Below, in pieces: positions 48,031 through 57,839 of a stretch of 64,000 bases of DNA. The notes under the pieces are model-generated. The model worked only from the letters and a program-made list of their open reading frames with translations, was not told where the DNA came from and ran no database searches. This DNA comes from an uncultured Oscillospiraceae bacterium (GTDB lineage Bacteria; Bacillota; Clostridia; Peptostreptococcales; Anaerovoracaceae). The DNA lies in NCBI GenBank assembly GCA_964383845.1, contig CAYLIF010000003.1, positions 34,894 to 98,893 of the forward strand, in the 5' to 3' direction. The translations under genes were made by a program, and so were the position numbers. The stretch's first letter is position 1, and the number at the start of each line of letters is the position of its first letter.

Positions 48031-49146
48031 TTAATCCCCTTTGTAGCGAGAAACATTAATTAAGAGTCCCATAGCTATCATAAACATCCAAATAGCATTA
48101 CCTCCATAACTAATAAAAGGCAGTGTGATTCCTGTAGGTGGCATACTGGAAGTAACTGTAGCCACATTCAATAATATCTGAATCCCTATCATCAAAGCTA
48201 CACCAGTAGCTATAAGCGTACCACATAGATCGTTGGCATTAATCGCAATATGAATGGCTCTCCAAAGCAAAAAAATATAAGCTATAAATAGAATGATAAT
48301 AGCAATAAAACCTAGTTCTTCACCAATAATAGAGAGTATAAAATCATTATGTGCTTCTGGTAAGTAGAGATTTTTTTGGATACTTTTTCCGATGCCAACG
48401 CCAAAGAGCCCCCCAGATCCAAGAGCATATAGGGATTGTACTACTTGATATCCAGTATTAAGAGGATCTGCAAAGGGGTCTAGAAAACTGGTTACTCGAC
48501 TTAATCTGTAGCCACCATCAGGGTCTACAAACACAGCAAAAAATCCTAACAACACCCCTGAACCTAAAACAATAGCTAAATGCCATATTTTGGCTCCCGC
48601 TACAAAAAGCACCCCTACGATTATTAAAAATATAGTTATTGCTGTTGAAAGGTTTGGTTGCATATAGATAAGTCCAAAAAATAAGCCGCCAATTCCAAAC
48701 AATGGCAAAACTCCATATTTCAAACTTCTGATACGGGAAGGATTACTACTCAAATATACTGCTACAAAGATAATTATGGCTAACTTCGCAATTTCTCCAG
48801 GCATTAGGGTCAAGTCCCCTATACCGATCCAGCGTGTTGCATTATTTCGAGTTACACCCATTGGAGTAAATACAAGCATAAGTAGGACTAAAGAACCTGC
48901 GAGAATCCCCCAATAAATCCTACGGTAAATGTGATAATCAATAGAAGCCGTAACAAGCATTAGAACGGTTCCAATTCCAGCGAATACAACCTCTCTTTTA
49001 AGAAAGTAATAAGGGTCTCCATAGTCACTTATAGCTGTATAATAGCTAGCACTGAAAACCATGGTAACGCCGAAGATAACAAGGGCCATGGTAATTAACA
49101 CAACAAGGAAATCCCCTGATTTCATTTTTTTCATTCCTAAGTTCAT
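48031..49146 (-). CDS. ftsW: SEDS-family peptidoglycan polymerase FtsW/SpoVE
   Basis: 371 aa polytopic protein with PEAHNDFI and PFISYGG motifs; lies between murD and murG. Confidence 0.9.
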   Translation of the reverse strand: MNLGMKKMKSGDFLVVLITMALVIFGVTMVFSASYYTAISDYGDPYYFLKREVVFAGIGTVLMLVTASIDYHIYRRIYWGILAGSLVLLMLVFTPMGVTRNNATRWIGIGDLTLMPGEIAKLAIIIFVAVYLSSNPSRIRSLKYGVLPLFGIGGLFFGLIYMQPNLSTAITIFLIIVGVLFVAGAKIWHLAIVLGSGVLLGFFAVFVDPDGGYRLSRVTSFLDPFADPLNTGYQVVQSLYALGSGGLFGVGIGKSIQKNLYLPEAHNDFILSIIGEELGFIAIIILFIAYIFLLWRAIHIAINANDLCGTLIATGVALMIGIQILLNVATVTSSMPPTGITLPFISYGGNAIWMFMIAMGLLINVSRYKGD

Positions 49147-49163
49147 ACCATCTCCCTGTCTTT

Positions 49164-50555
49164 CTAGTTTGCTAATTTATGTACCAAGGTTTTGAAGTGC
49201 TCACCTCTCTGCTCGAAATTAGTGTACATATCCCAGCTTGCACAGGCTGGAGAAAGAAGTATGGTGTCTCCAGAAGATGCCATCCCGTATGCAGCTCTAA
49301 CACTTTCATCCATATCCTTTGCAAGAATAATTTCATTAAAGCCTAAAGCTTCTGCTGTTTCTTTAATTAAGTTAGCTGTTTTACCCATTAAAACAAGGCC
49401 TTTTACCTTTCCATCAAAAGAATTAATCAAAGTCTCGAAGCTCCCGCCCTTATCATATCCTCCTGCAATAAGAATAATTCCAGGTGGCATGGCCTCAATT
49501 GCTTTTATGGTGGAACTGGGGTTTGTCCCCTTCGAATCATTAATAAACCTTCTTCCATCAATCTCTTCAACAAATTCAAGACGATGAGGAACGCCATTAA
49601 ATTTCTTTAATACCTCTGCAATTGTTTCAGGTTCGATTCCAGAATAATAGGCTATTGCTGTAGCAGCAAGAGCATTTTCTATGTTATGGCTTCCGGGAAT
49701 AAGTAAATCATTTGTACTACAAACTCGACTTTCTTTACCGGACTCTTCTTTTATAATTATTTGATCTCCCCTAAGAAAACATCCAAAAGAAAGTTCTTGG
49801 CTTATACTGAAATAGACAACTTTACAGGGGGCAGAATAAGAAAGTTGAAGACAGGCTTCATCATCTGCGTTTATCACAGTATAGTCAGTTGGCTCTTGGT
49901 TCTTAAAAATTTCTCCCTTAGCTTTAATATAGTTTTCCATGTTTTCATGTCTATCCATATGGTCTTCACTAATATTTAGTATTGCTGAAATAAAGGGTTT
50001 GAATAGCTTTGTAGTTTCTAGTTGAAAGCTGGATACCTCAGTTACAAGCCAAGTATCTTTTGTGGCAATCAAAGATCTACTAATAACTGCAACGCCTATA
50101 TTCCCCACAACAAATGTTTTACGTTTAGCATGGCGGAAGATTTCACCTACCAAAGCTGTAGTCGTTGTTTTACCATTGGTTCCTGTAATCGCAATATATT
50201 TTCCAGAACCAACCCTGTATGCAATTTCTAATTCCCCAATAATTTCTGCTCCAGAATCTTTTGCCGCTGCAATAAAATCCAAATAAGTAGGCACTCCTGG
50301 AGATAAAACTACCATATCGAAATGGTCCTTGGGATCAGGTTTTACCCCAAAATAACAAGTTACACCTACATTTTCTAAAAACTGAATCAAATGAGAATCA
50401 ACATCTTCTTTTTTCTTTATATCTTGAACAGTTACACTGGCTCCAATTTTGAGGAGAGCCTGAGTTACAGCAATGCCAGATTTACCCATACCAACTACAA
50501 GGACTTTTTTCCCTTCAAATTGCCTTGATCTTTTTCCTTCAAATCTATTTTCCAT
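49164..50555 (-). CDS. murD: UDP-N-acetylmuramoylalanine--D-glutamate ligase
   Basis: VLVVGMGKSGIA and GTNGKTTT motifs. The start is set to the ATG at 50555 (MENRFEGK), which overlaps the mraY stop by 1 nt; the track start is 50582. Confidence 0.92.
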   Translation of the reverse strand: MENRFEGKRSRQFEGKKVLVVGMGKSGIAVTQALLKIGASVTVQDIKKKEDVDSHLIQFLENVGVTCYFGVKPDPKDHFDMVVLSPGVPTYLDFIAAAKDSGAEIIGELEIAYRVGSGKYIAITGTNGKTTTTALVGEIFRHAKRKTFVVGNIGVAVISRSLIATKDTWLVTEVSSFQLETTKLFKPFISAILNISEDHMDRHENMENYIKAKGEIFKNQEPTDYTVINADDEACLQLSYSAPCKVVYFSISQELSFGCFLRGDQIIIKEESGKESRVCSTNDLLIPGSHNIENALAATAIAYYSGIEPETIAEVLKKFNGVPHRLEFVEEIDGRRFINDSKGTNPSSTIKAIEAMPPGIILIAGGYDKGGSFETLINSFDGKVKGLVLMGKTANLIKETAEALGFNEIILAKDMDESVRAAYGMASSGDTILLSPACASWDMYTNFEQRGEHFKTLVHKLAN

Positions 50556-51511
50556 TACATCGCTCCTATTCCTATGCCACAAAAAATTATTGTAGCCAGC
50601 CAGAACATGCCAACAACCTTGGTTTCTTTTATTCCAGATAACTCAAAATGATGATGGATAGGAGACATTTTAAAGACTCGCTTACCCCTAGTTTTAAAGC
50701 TTATTACCTGAATTATAACTGATATGGCCTCAACTACAAAAACAAATCCCACTATTGGCAAAAATAATTCCATCTTCATGAGAATGGCAACTGCAGTAAG
50801 ACCACCACCCAGGGCTAAAGAACCTGTGTCTCCCATAAAAATCTTGGCAGGGTATCGATTGAAAATCAAAAACCCTATACATGCACCCGCTAAACAAATA
50901 GCAAATGAAGTGCCTGCCCCACTTGCTAAGGTTACGCCAGCTAATGCAAAGAACACTGCAACAACACTACTTACTCCAGAGGCCAGACCATCAAGTCCGT
51001 CAGTTAGGTTCACGCTGTTTACCATAGCCAATATTACAAATACTGCAAAGGGGATATACCACTTCCCCATATCAAATGTTGTGCCAATGAAAGGCACCAA
51101 TACAAGAGTGCCTCTATCCAAAATAAAATTAAAAGCCATAATTAAGACCAAGGCAGCAACTAACTGTAAGGTGAGTTTTTGCCAAGCACGCAAACCTAGA
51201 TTATTTCGTCGTATGATTTTCAAATAATCATCAGCAAATCCTATTGCTCCAAACATTACAAAGCCTAAAACCAAGAGAAGAGTTTCCATTGTAAATTGTT
51301 TTGTTGCAATAACAGTAACTATAGTAGCAGCAATAATAGCTATTCCTCCCATACTGGGAGTCCCCGCTTTTGACATATGAGACTCTGGACCTTCGGCCCT
51401 AATGTTTTGACCTGCATGCTTTCTTTTTAATATAGGTATTGCCAAAGAGGTGGCAACAGTACTAAGCATGAATGCCATTAGCAATAGTAAAAGTAGTTGC
51501 ACTATATCCAT
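50555..51511 (-). CDS. mraY: Phospho-N-acetylmuramoyl-pentapeptide transferase
   Basis: 318 aa with GTPSMGG, NLTDGLDGLA and PIHHHFE motifs. Confidence 0.95.
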   Translation of the reverse strand: MDIVQLLLLLLMAFMLSTVATSLAIPILKRKHAGQNIRAEGPESHMSKAGTPSMGGIAIIAATIVTVIATKQFTMETLLLVLGFVMFGAIGFADDYLKIIRRNNLGLRAWQKLTLQLVAALVLIMAFNFILDRGTLVLVPFIGTTFDMGKWYIPFAVFVILAMVNSVNLTDGLDGLASGVSSVVAVFFALAGVTLASGAGTSFAICLAGACIGFLIFNRYPAKIFMGDTGSLALGGGLTAVAILMKMELFLPIVGFVFVVEAISVIIQVISFKTRGKRVFKMSPIHHHFELSGIKETKVVGMFWLATIIFCGIGIGAM

Positions 51512-51519
51512 AAATTCTC

Positions 51520-52884
51520 CTAATCCAAAATACTATCTACGAGCTCTTCAAGTTCCATTCCTCTTGATGCTTTAAGCAAAACCACATCACCAGATTTAAT
51601 AATGTCATGTATTTCAGCCATAAGAGCTTCTTTGCTTTTGTAAGATAATACATTTTTTTTATCAAGATGTTCTCTAGCTCCTAGTGCAATATTATATGCT
51701 AAATTTCCAACTGTGACAACTAAATCAACTCCCGCTAATCCAGCATACTTCCCAATTTCGTAATGATATTTTTCTGTATCTTCTCCTAATTCAAACATAT
51801 CTCCTAGAATAGCGATTTTTCGAATGCCACTTTGGTCAATTAAGACATCAATAGCACTTTTCATTGAATCTGGGCTAGCATTATAAGTGTCATCTATAAC
51901 TTTCACCTTGTCCTTAGTCTTTATCCCCAATCTTTTTTCTGTTAGGACTAAGTTATCTAAACCTATTAAAGCATCATTCAAAGAGATACCTAGTTCTTTT
52001 CCACAAGCTAAAGCTAACGCTGCATTTAAAGCATTATGCTTACCATGAATAGGTAATAGAATGTTATGTTTCTCTACTCCTACCTCTAAGGTGAAGGATA
52101 TTCCTTCTTTCTCATCAATTATATTCTTAACTGTGTAGTCGCTTCCTTGTCTTGTCCCTGTAGTAATTGTCTTGTAATTGCCTTTAGATGATTCTCGCGA
52201 TAGAAGGTCTCCATCTGAGTTTATAATCAAAATATTATCAGTATTAAAACATTTGGTGACTTCTAGCTTTGCTTTTAAAATGTTCTCTCTGCTTCCTAGT
52301 TTTTCTAGATGCGAATATCCAACATTTGTTATAATTCCAATATCTGGTTTTACTAAACAGGAAAGGAATTCAATCTCTCCAGGCTTATCCATTCCCATCT
52401 CAAATATCCCTACTTCAGTTTTTTCATCCATAGACAAAATCGTAAGGGGAAGTCCAATGTGATTATTGTAATTGCCCAATGTTTTGGAGGTCTTGAACTT
52501 TGTTTCACATACTGCAGCCAACATGTCTTTTGTTGTTGTCTTACCAGTGCTGCCAGTAACAGCAATTCGTTTTATGGAAAAAGTTTCTAAATAGTATCTA
52601 GATAAATCTTGAAGTGCTTTCAATGTGTCTTCTACGATTATACAATTTTCTAAAGGAAAATCTTGAATTTCCCGACTTATTATAGCTGCTTTGCATCCAG
52701 ATAATTGTGCAGCTTCCAAGAATTCATGGCCATCATTATGTTCTCCCTTCAGGGCGAAAAAAATGAAATCTGGCTGTCCTTTACGTGAATCAATGCAAAC
52801 TCCTCTTATCCCTTCTTTATTGCTACCTTTGATACATTTCCCTCCCGTAGCCTGTGCTATTTCTCCAAGGGTTAGTGTTTTCAT
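51520..52884 (-). CDS. murF: UDP-MurNAc-tripeptide--D-alanyl-D-alanine ligase
   Basis: 454 aa with the MurF-type N-terminus (IDSRKGQPDFIFFALKGEHNDGHEF) and GSTGKTTT. Confidence 0.9.
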   Translation of the reverse strand: MKTLTLGEIAQATGGKCIKGSNKEGIRGVCIDSRKGQPDFIFFALKGEHNDGHEFLEAAQLSGCKAAIISREIQDFPLENCIIVEDTLKALQDLSRYYLETFSIKRIAVTGSTGKTTTKDMLAAVCETKFKTSKTLGNYNNHIGLPLTILSMDEKTEVGIFEMGMDKPGEIEFLSCLVKPDIGIITNVGYSHLEKLGSRENILKAKLEVTKCFNTDNILIINSDGDLLSRESSKGNYKTITTGTRQGSDYTVKNIIDEKEGISFTLEVGVEKHNILLPIHGKHNALNAALALACGKELGISLNDALIGLDNLVLTEKRLGIKTKDKVKVIDDTYNASPDSMKSAIDVLIDQSGIRKIAILGDMFELGEDTEKYHYEIGKYAGLAGVDLVVTVGNLAYNIALGAREHLDKKNVLSYKSKEALMAEIHDIIKSGDVVLLKASRGMELEELVDSILD

Positions 52885-52901
52885 TATTTATACGCCTTTC
52901 T

Positions 52902-54908
52902 TTAATCCCAATATAAGTATACCAAAGTTCCTTTTTGAACGTGTTCCCCAGGTTTTGGATACTGATCTGTTACCATTCTTTCTTCGGAAGATTGTAAAAG
53001 AGGAGATGTGGTCGACTTTAGGAAAATTCCGCCCAAAATCCCAGCTGCATTCTCTACGCTTTGTCCTGTTAGATTTGGCACTATAACAGTATTCTTTTTT
53101 AAAGCTGCCAATTCCACTTCAGTGAATTCAGGCTCCACATTTAAATATCTTAATGTCTCTGCAAGTATCTTTTGTGCTCCTGGCGCTGCTGTAAGACTAC
53201 CATATTTTACACCCTTTGGATTGTCTACAACTAGTAGTATTGCGACCTGAGGGTCATCCATCGGAGCCATACCAATAAATGAGGAATAAGTTTCGTTGCT
53301 ATAACCTCCATCTTTTGCCTTCTGTGCAGTGCCTGTCTTACCACCTACTCTATATCCATCTACTTTTGCAGTTCCTCCGCCGCCTTCAGATACAACCGAT
53401 TCCATAATCCCCCGCATCTCGTCAGATGTTTGCTTAGAAACCACCTGTCTAACTACTTTGGGATCAAATGAAACTACGGTTTTGCCATTTTTATCAGTGA
53501 GTTCGCTTACCAATCTAGGTTGCATTAGTCGGCCGTCATTTCCAAAAGCGCAAACAGCCGTTAATATTTGTATAGGTGTCACAGCAATCCCTTGGCCATA
53601 TGCCATAGTAGCAAGTCCCACAGGATTTGCAGAGCTGCGAGATTGTAAAATTGAAGTACTCTCTCCCGGGTAATCGATATTTGTTTTTTCAGAAAAACCA
53701 AACATATCCAAATAGGTATAATATTTGGCCTCTCCAACTCGTTGTGCAATTTGAACTAAGACAGGGTTGCAGGAATTCCCTATGGCTTCTACAAATGTCT
53801 GTGTTCCGTGAGGTCGCCCATGTCTCCAACATCTTAAAATACTTCCGTATACATTTATTGATCCGGTGCAAACAAATGTTTCATTTAATGATGTAACCCG
53901 CTCTTCCAAGCCTACTGCAGCAGTAATAAGTTTAAATGTAGAACCAGGTTCATAAGTATCACTTACCATGGAATTACGCCACATATTATTCCAGTATGCT
54001 GTTTTCTCTGCATCATCTAAGGATTCAACATACTCAGCAGCTTCTTCATTAAGAGGCACTCTTGAATTGTTGGGGTCATAATCTGGCAAGGCTGCCATGG
54101 ACAAAACATCCCCGGTCTTTGGATCCATAACCAAACACCAAATTCTATCGGCTTTAGTCGTTACTAATACTTCTTCTATGGCTTTTTCAACATAGTGTTG
54201 TATAACAGAATCAAGAGTTAAAACAACATTCAGTCCATCGGAAGCCTCATAATATTTTTCTACACCATAAGCAAGGCCATTCCCGTCAACATCTGCACTT
54301 TTAATCCACCTGCCCGAGACACCACTTAAAAAACGATCATATTTTAACTCTATACCAGACAGGCCCAAGCTGTCATCAGTTACAGTTCCCAAAAGATGAG
54401 AAGCAAAAGGGCCTAAGGGATAGTATCGTTTAACTTCTTCACTGGTTTCCACCCCTTTAATATTCAGGCTTTTTATTGAATTGGCCATCTCTTTTGTTTG
54501 GTATTTTGCAATTCTTACCATAACAGAATCAGAACTACCCATTTCCATTATTTTTTCTTTGTCAATCCCTAATGTTTCCGCCAGAGATGCGAAGGTTTTT
54601 TGAGCATTTATTTCTTGCTCCTCTGGGCTATCGCCCTTCCATATTAGCTTAGGACGAATCCAGACTGAAAAGGTTTTAGCACTTATAGCAAGTTCCTCAC
54701 CCTTTCTATCATAAATAGTTCCTCTCTTTGCAACTATTGAGATATCTCTAGTTTGCTGACCTGCAGCCATTCTTTTATATTCTTCGCCTTTTACGATCTG
54801 TATCCACCCCACCCTAAAACAAAGGGCTATAATAAATATACAGATTAGTAAAAAGCAAATCACAAGTCTTTTTTTTGTACGATTATTCGTGCTAGCCATA
54901 ATACTCAC
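52902..54908 (-). CDS. Class B penicillin-binding protein (FtsI/PBP2B/SpoVD type) with a C-terminal PASTA domain
   Basis: 668 aa with an N-terminal TM segment, STFK active site, SCN (SxN) and KTGT motifs, and a C-terminal PASTA-like region (VPNLTGQSVENA). Confidence 0.92.
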   Translation of the reverse strand: MSIMASTNNRTKKRLVICFLLICIFIIALCFRVGWIQIVKGEEYKRMAAGQQTRDISIVAKRGTIYDRKGEELAISAKTFSVWIRPKLIWKGDSPEEQEINAQKTFASLAETLGIDKEKIMEMGSSDSVMVRIAKYQTKEMANSIKSLNIKGVETSEEVKRYYPLGPFASHLLGTVTDDSLGLSGIELKYDRFLSGVSGRWIKSADVDGNGLAYGVEKYYEASDGLNVVLTLDSVIQHYVEKAIEEVLVTTKADRIWCLVMDPKTGDVLSMAALPDYDPNNSRVPLNEEAAEYVESLDDAEKTAYWNNMWRNSMVSDTYEPGSTFKLITAAVGLEERVTSLNETFVCTGSINVYGSILRCWRHGRPHGTQTFVEAIGNSCNPVLVQIAQRVGEAKYYTYLDMFGFSEKTNIDYPGESTSILQSRSSANPVGLATMAYGQGIAVTPIQILTAVCAFGNDGRLMQPRLVSELTDKNGKTVVSFDPKVVRQVVSKQTSDEMRGIMESVVSEGGGGTAKVDGYRVGGKTGTAQKAKDGGYSNETYSSFIGMAPMDDPQVAILLVVDNPKGVKYGSLTAAPGAQKILAETLRYLNVEPEFTEVELAALKKNTVIVPNLTGQSVENAAGILGGIFLKSTTSPLLQSSEERMVTDQYPKPGEHVQKGTLVYLYWD

Positions 54909-54929
54909 CTATCTGTCATATTCGAAAGA

Positions 54930-54972
54930 AAACCAGACACCTTCCATTTAAACTGATTAAGTTGTCTGGTTT
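54930..54972 (-). terminator. Strong stem-loop between ftsL and the PBP gene (terminator-like or attenuator)
   Basis: Perfect 10-bp stem AAACCAGACA/TGTCTGGTTT with a 23-nt loop, followed on the minus strand by TCTTTCG. Confidence 0.4.
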
Positions 54973-54998
54973 AACTTTTTATGTAATTATATCTCGGA

Positions 54999-55436
54999 TT
55001 AATTATACGCTTTTTCTTTTATTATTGCAGCTAAATTATGAGTAGTTTCTTGTACTGCTCCCAGATATCTAAACTGGGTTGTTTCTGGATAGACCATTCC
55101 AAGTTCCTTTATAGCTCTTTCTTCAATAGCGCTAATATTAACGGCACACTTGATTTCCACATTTAGATTCTCTATTTCTCCCTGTATTACTGAATTCTCT
55201 TTCGCTAAATTATTTATATCGTACTTAATATTGGCCCCATAAGCTGAAACTATAATCATTCCAACAAAAACTAGACCCATTACTACCGTTAATAAAATTA
55301 AACTCAACCTATCCTTAGGGGAGGTTTTCACTTTCTTTTTATCTTCCCGCTCACAAATTGATTCCGGGGCTTTCATGTCAAAACTGAATTTGCGATATTT
55401 TTGCTGATAATCGTACCATTGATCTGCCGCAATCAT
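54999..55436 (-). CDS. ftsL: FtsL-like cell division protein
   Basis: 145 aa with a single TM segment ([18 protein letters not shown]) followed by a coiled-coil-like region. Lies between rsmH and the PBP gene and overlaps the rsmH stop by 4 nt. Confidence 0.75.
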   Translation of the reverse strand: MIAADQWYDYQQKYRKFSFDMKAPESICEREDKKKVKTSPKDRLSLILLTVVMGLVFVGMIIVSAYGANIKYDINNLAKENSVIQGEIENLNVEIKCAVNISAIEERAIKELGMVYPETTQFRYLGAVQETTHNLAAIIKEKAYN

Positions 55437-56380
55437 TTTGCACCTCCTACCTTCTCAATAACTCTAAGCTTCGCACTTCGAGCTCTTGGGTTTTCTTCTA
55501 GTTCCAACTCATCTGATATTATTGGCTTTTTGGTGATTTTCTTAACGTCTGCAATTTTGCCACAAGTACAGACAGGGAATTCTTTGGGGCAAATACAAGG
55601 ATTCAAACGCCTTTGAAAAACTTCTTTTACAATGCGATCTTCCAATGAATGAAAAGTAATGACTGCCATCCGTCCGCCAGGGGCTAGTACATCGATAAAA
55701 TCTTCCACAGCTTGTTCTAAAAGGCCTAATTCGTCATTAACTTCTATTCTAACGGCTTGAAATGTTCTTTTAGCTGGATGCGGACCATCCCTTCTAGCTG
55801 CTGCTGGAATAGCCTTCTTGATAATTGCCACCAAGTCCTTGGTTGTACCAATTGGATTTTCTTTTCGAGCTTCTACTATAAATTCCGCAATTCTTGCTGC
55901 CCATCTTTCTTCTCCGTACTCTTTTATAATTCTTGTCAGTTCGTTTTTTGTATATTCATTTACTACGGTGTAAGCAGTCAAGGAATCTTCTTCACACATT
56001 CGCATATCGAGAGAGGCCTCTTGCATATATGAAAAGCCTCTTTCTGCATTATCAAGTTGAAATGATGAAACTCCTAAATCAAGCAACGCTCCATTTATTT
56101 GTGGAATTTTCAAATTATCCAAGATATCTTTTATCTCAGCATAATTGCTTTGAATGAAAGATTTGTGACATTTAAATTCTTTGAGATTATCACTTCCAGC
56201 TAAGATAGCTGCTTTATCCCTATCAATACCTAAAAACCATCCCTCTTCTTCTAACTGTTTGCATATGCCGTAAGCATGACCTCCACCGCCAAGGGTTCCA
56301 TCAACATATATCCCTTGGGGGTCTATTTTTAGGGTCTCCAAGGTCTTCTCGAAAAGCACTGGTTTATGTTTAAATTCCAT
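55433..56380 (-). CDS. rsmH: 16S rRNA (cytosine1402-N4)-methyltransferase
   Basis: 315 aa starting [13 protein letters not shown], with [20 protein letters not shown] and [10 protein letters not shown]. Confidence 0.95.
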   Translation of the reverse strand: MEFKHKPVLFEKTLETLKIDPQGIYVDGTLGGGGHAYGICKQLEEEGWFLGIDRDKAAILAGSDNLKEFKCHKSFIQSNYAEIKDILDNLKIPQINGALLDLGVSSFQLDNAERGFSYMQEASLDMRMCEEDSLTAYTVVNEYTKNELTRIIKEYGEERWAARIAEFIVEARKENPIGTTKDLVAIIKKAIPAAARRDGPHPAKRTFQAVRIEVNDELGLLEQAVEDFIDVLAPGGRMAVITFHSLEDRIVKEVFQRRLNPCICPKEFPVCTCGKIADVKKITKKPIISDELELEENPRARSAKLRVIEKVGGAK

Positions 56381-56801
56381 ATTCTATCATCTTCTTTGCA
56401 AAATCACTGTGGTCTAACTCTGTTTTGTTGTCAGTGTCTTCCCAACTATCAATACTCCAAATCTCAATACGATCTAGCAATCCAAGTGTTACCAAATCCT
56501 TTTTGATTCCTGCCCATTCTCTTAGTTCCTGTGGAATAGTTATTCTTCCTTGTTTATCAATATCGCATTCAACTGCGTTTGCATAAAAATGCCTTACGAA
56601 AGCTCTTGCGTCAGGGTCACTCATAGGTAAACTAGAAAGTTTTTCCATAAGAACCGTCCATTCCTTTATTGGGTAAATATATAGACAATGATCAATTCCT
56701 CTGGTAAGAACGCACTTATACTCTAACTTATCCCTAAATTTAGCAGGGACAATCATTCTGAACTTTATATCTATTGAATTTAAGTATTTTCCCATCAACA
56801 T
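56370..56801 (-). CDS. mraZ: Transcriptional regulator MraZ
   Basis: [23 protein letters not shown] and a second half with [13 protein letters not shown] (duplicated SpoVT/AbrB-like repeats). The start is moved from 56867 to the ATG 8 nt after GGAGG. Confidence 0.92.
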   Translation of the reverse strand: MLMGKYLNSIDIKFRMIVPAKFRDKLEYKCVLTRGIDHCLYIYPIKEWTVLMEKLSSLPMSDPDARAFVRHFYANAVECDIDKQGRITIPQELREWAGIKKDLVTLGLLDRIEIWSIDSWEDTDNKTELDHSDFAKKMIEYGI

Positions 56802-56836
56802 AGGGCACTCCTCCACAGTAGGTATTATCTTTAACA

Positions 56837-56880
56837 CCACTTTACTCCATTTATCCCCACCTTGCAACCACTTTACTCCA
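56837..56880 (-). promoter_or_regulatory. mraZ promoter region with periodic GTGG/TGGAG repeats (candidate MraZ operator)
   Basis: Minus strand TGGAGtaaaGTGGttgcaagGTGGGGataaaTGGAGtaaaGTGGtg. The 13-nt unit TGGAGTAAAGTGG occurs twice, 31 nt apart. TTGCAA (56862-56867), 17 nt spacer, TAAAGT (56839-56844) is embedded in the repeats. Confidence 0.5.
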
Positions 56881-57039
56881 ATATATGCAATTATCCCTCC
56901 TTTATTTTAAAATTGTTTCCAAAAAGTAAAGTTTTTAGAAAATTTTCACAATATATTGTATCTAACTTCTAGCCAATTTCTACATGTAGGTAATATATAA
57001 AAAATAATGGTGAGAACACCCTTTATCTTCATCACTTTA

Positions 57040-57070
57040 TTGTGCATTTCTAATGATAAAGTGGTATAAT
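57040..57070 (+). promoter_or_regulatory. Extended -10 promoter for the lipoprotein gene
   Basis: TTGTGC, spacer, then TGGTATAAT (57062-57070). It is flanked by an 8-bp inverted repeat CACTTTAT/ATAAAGTG (57033-57040 and 57056-57063). Confidence 0.4.
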
Positions 57071-57136
57071 AAATCAAATTCTAAATAATATCCTATTATA
57101 AAATTAATAGATTTAAGACGTTTCATGGAGGGGTTT

Positions 57137-57667
57137 ATGAACAAAAATTTTTTAAAGAAAACAGCCTTTATGTTGGTTCCAATTTTGTTATGTTTGTCCC
57201 TTGGAGGGTGCTGGAAATCTGACCTTCATGGTAATACTTATGTTGAACCGGAAATTACCGTAGAGTATTTGATAACTGATTTTGCTAATCAAATTACTCG
57301 AGATGGTGCAGAAAAAATGTTTGGAGTAATTGACAATGTAATTGATAATAAAGATGACACTTACACAGTCACTGTTTTGGGTAAGCAGTTCGTTGAGGAT
57401 GCTAGCCAACCAAATGGATTTTATATCGCAGACAGGAATGTTGATTACGAGCTAACCTTATCAAAAAATGTCAGATCAGTAATATTTCCAAGTAGCGATT
57501 TAACAGAAGCACAGTTTTTCCTAAATAGTTCTGGATTTATACAGGCATTCAATGATGGTTTCTCAACTTTTCTTCAAGAAACTTCTGCAGATGAAAAAAC
57601 TAATTATTTCTATTTTTATGTTATGCATGATTTCGTGGAATTAATAATTCAGCAATACATTCCATAA
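57137..57667 (+). CDS. Hypothetical lipoprotein
   Basis: MNKNFLKKTAFMLVPILLCLSLGGC signal peptide with a lipobox. No family recognised. The start is set to the ATG after GGAGGGG; the track start is 57125. Confidence 0.7.
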   Translation: MNKNFLKKTAFMLVPILLCLSLGGCWKSDLHGNTYVEPEITVEYLITDFANQITRDGAEKMFGVIDNVIDNKDDTYTVTVLGKQFVEDASQPNGFYIADRNVDYELTLSKNVRSVIFPSSDLTEAQFFLNSSGFIQAFNDGFSTFLQETSADEKTNYFYFYVMHDFVELIIQQYIP

Positions 57668-57683
57668 CAAGTTTATTTTATCA

Positions 57684-57709
57684 AGGCCTTTCTTAAGGCC
57701 TTTTTTTTA
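57684..57709 (+). terminator. Intrinsic terminator after the lipoprotein gene
   Basis: AAGGCC-7 nt-GGCCTT followed by TTTTTT. Confidence 0.65.
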
Positions 57710-57839
57710 TTCAAAATTATAGGCATCAACCATTTAGTAACAATGTTACTGAATTATCTAATTTAATATTATATAGTAGGGTTAGTATAATTTTTAACAA
57801 CCTATCCCTTTAGATTAGATCCAAGTGAGGTATCAAAAG

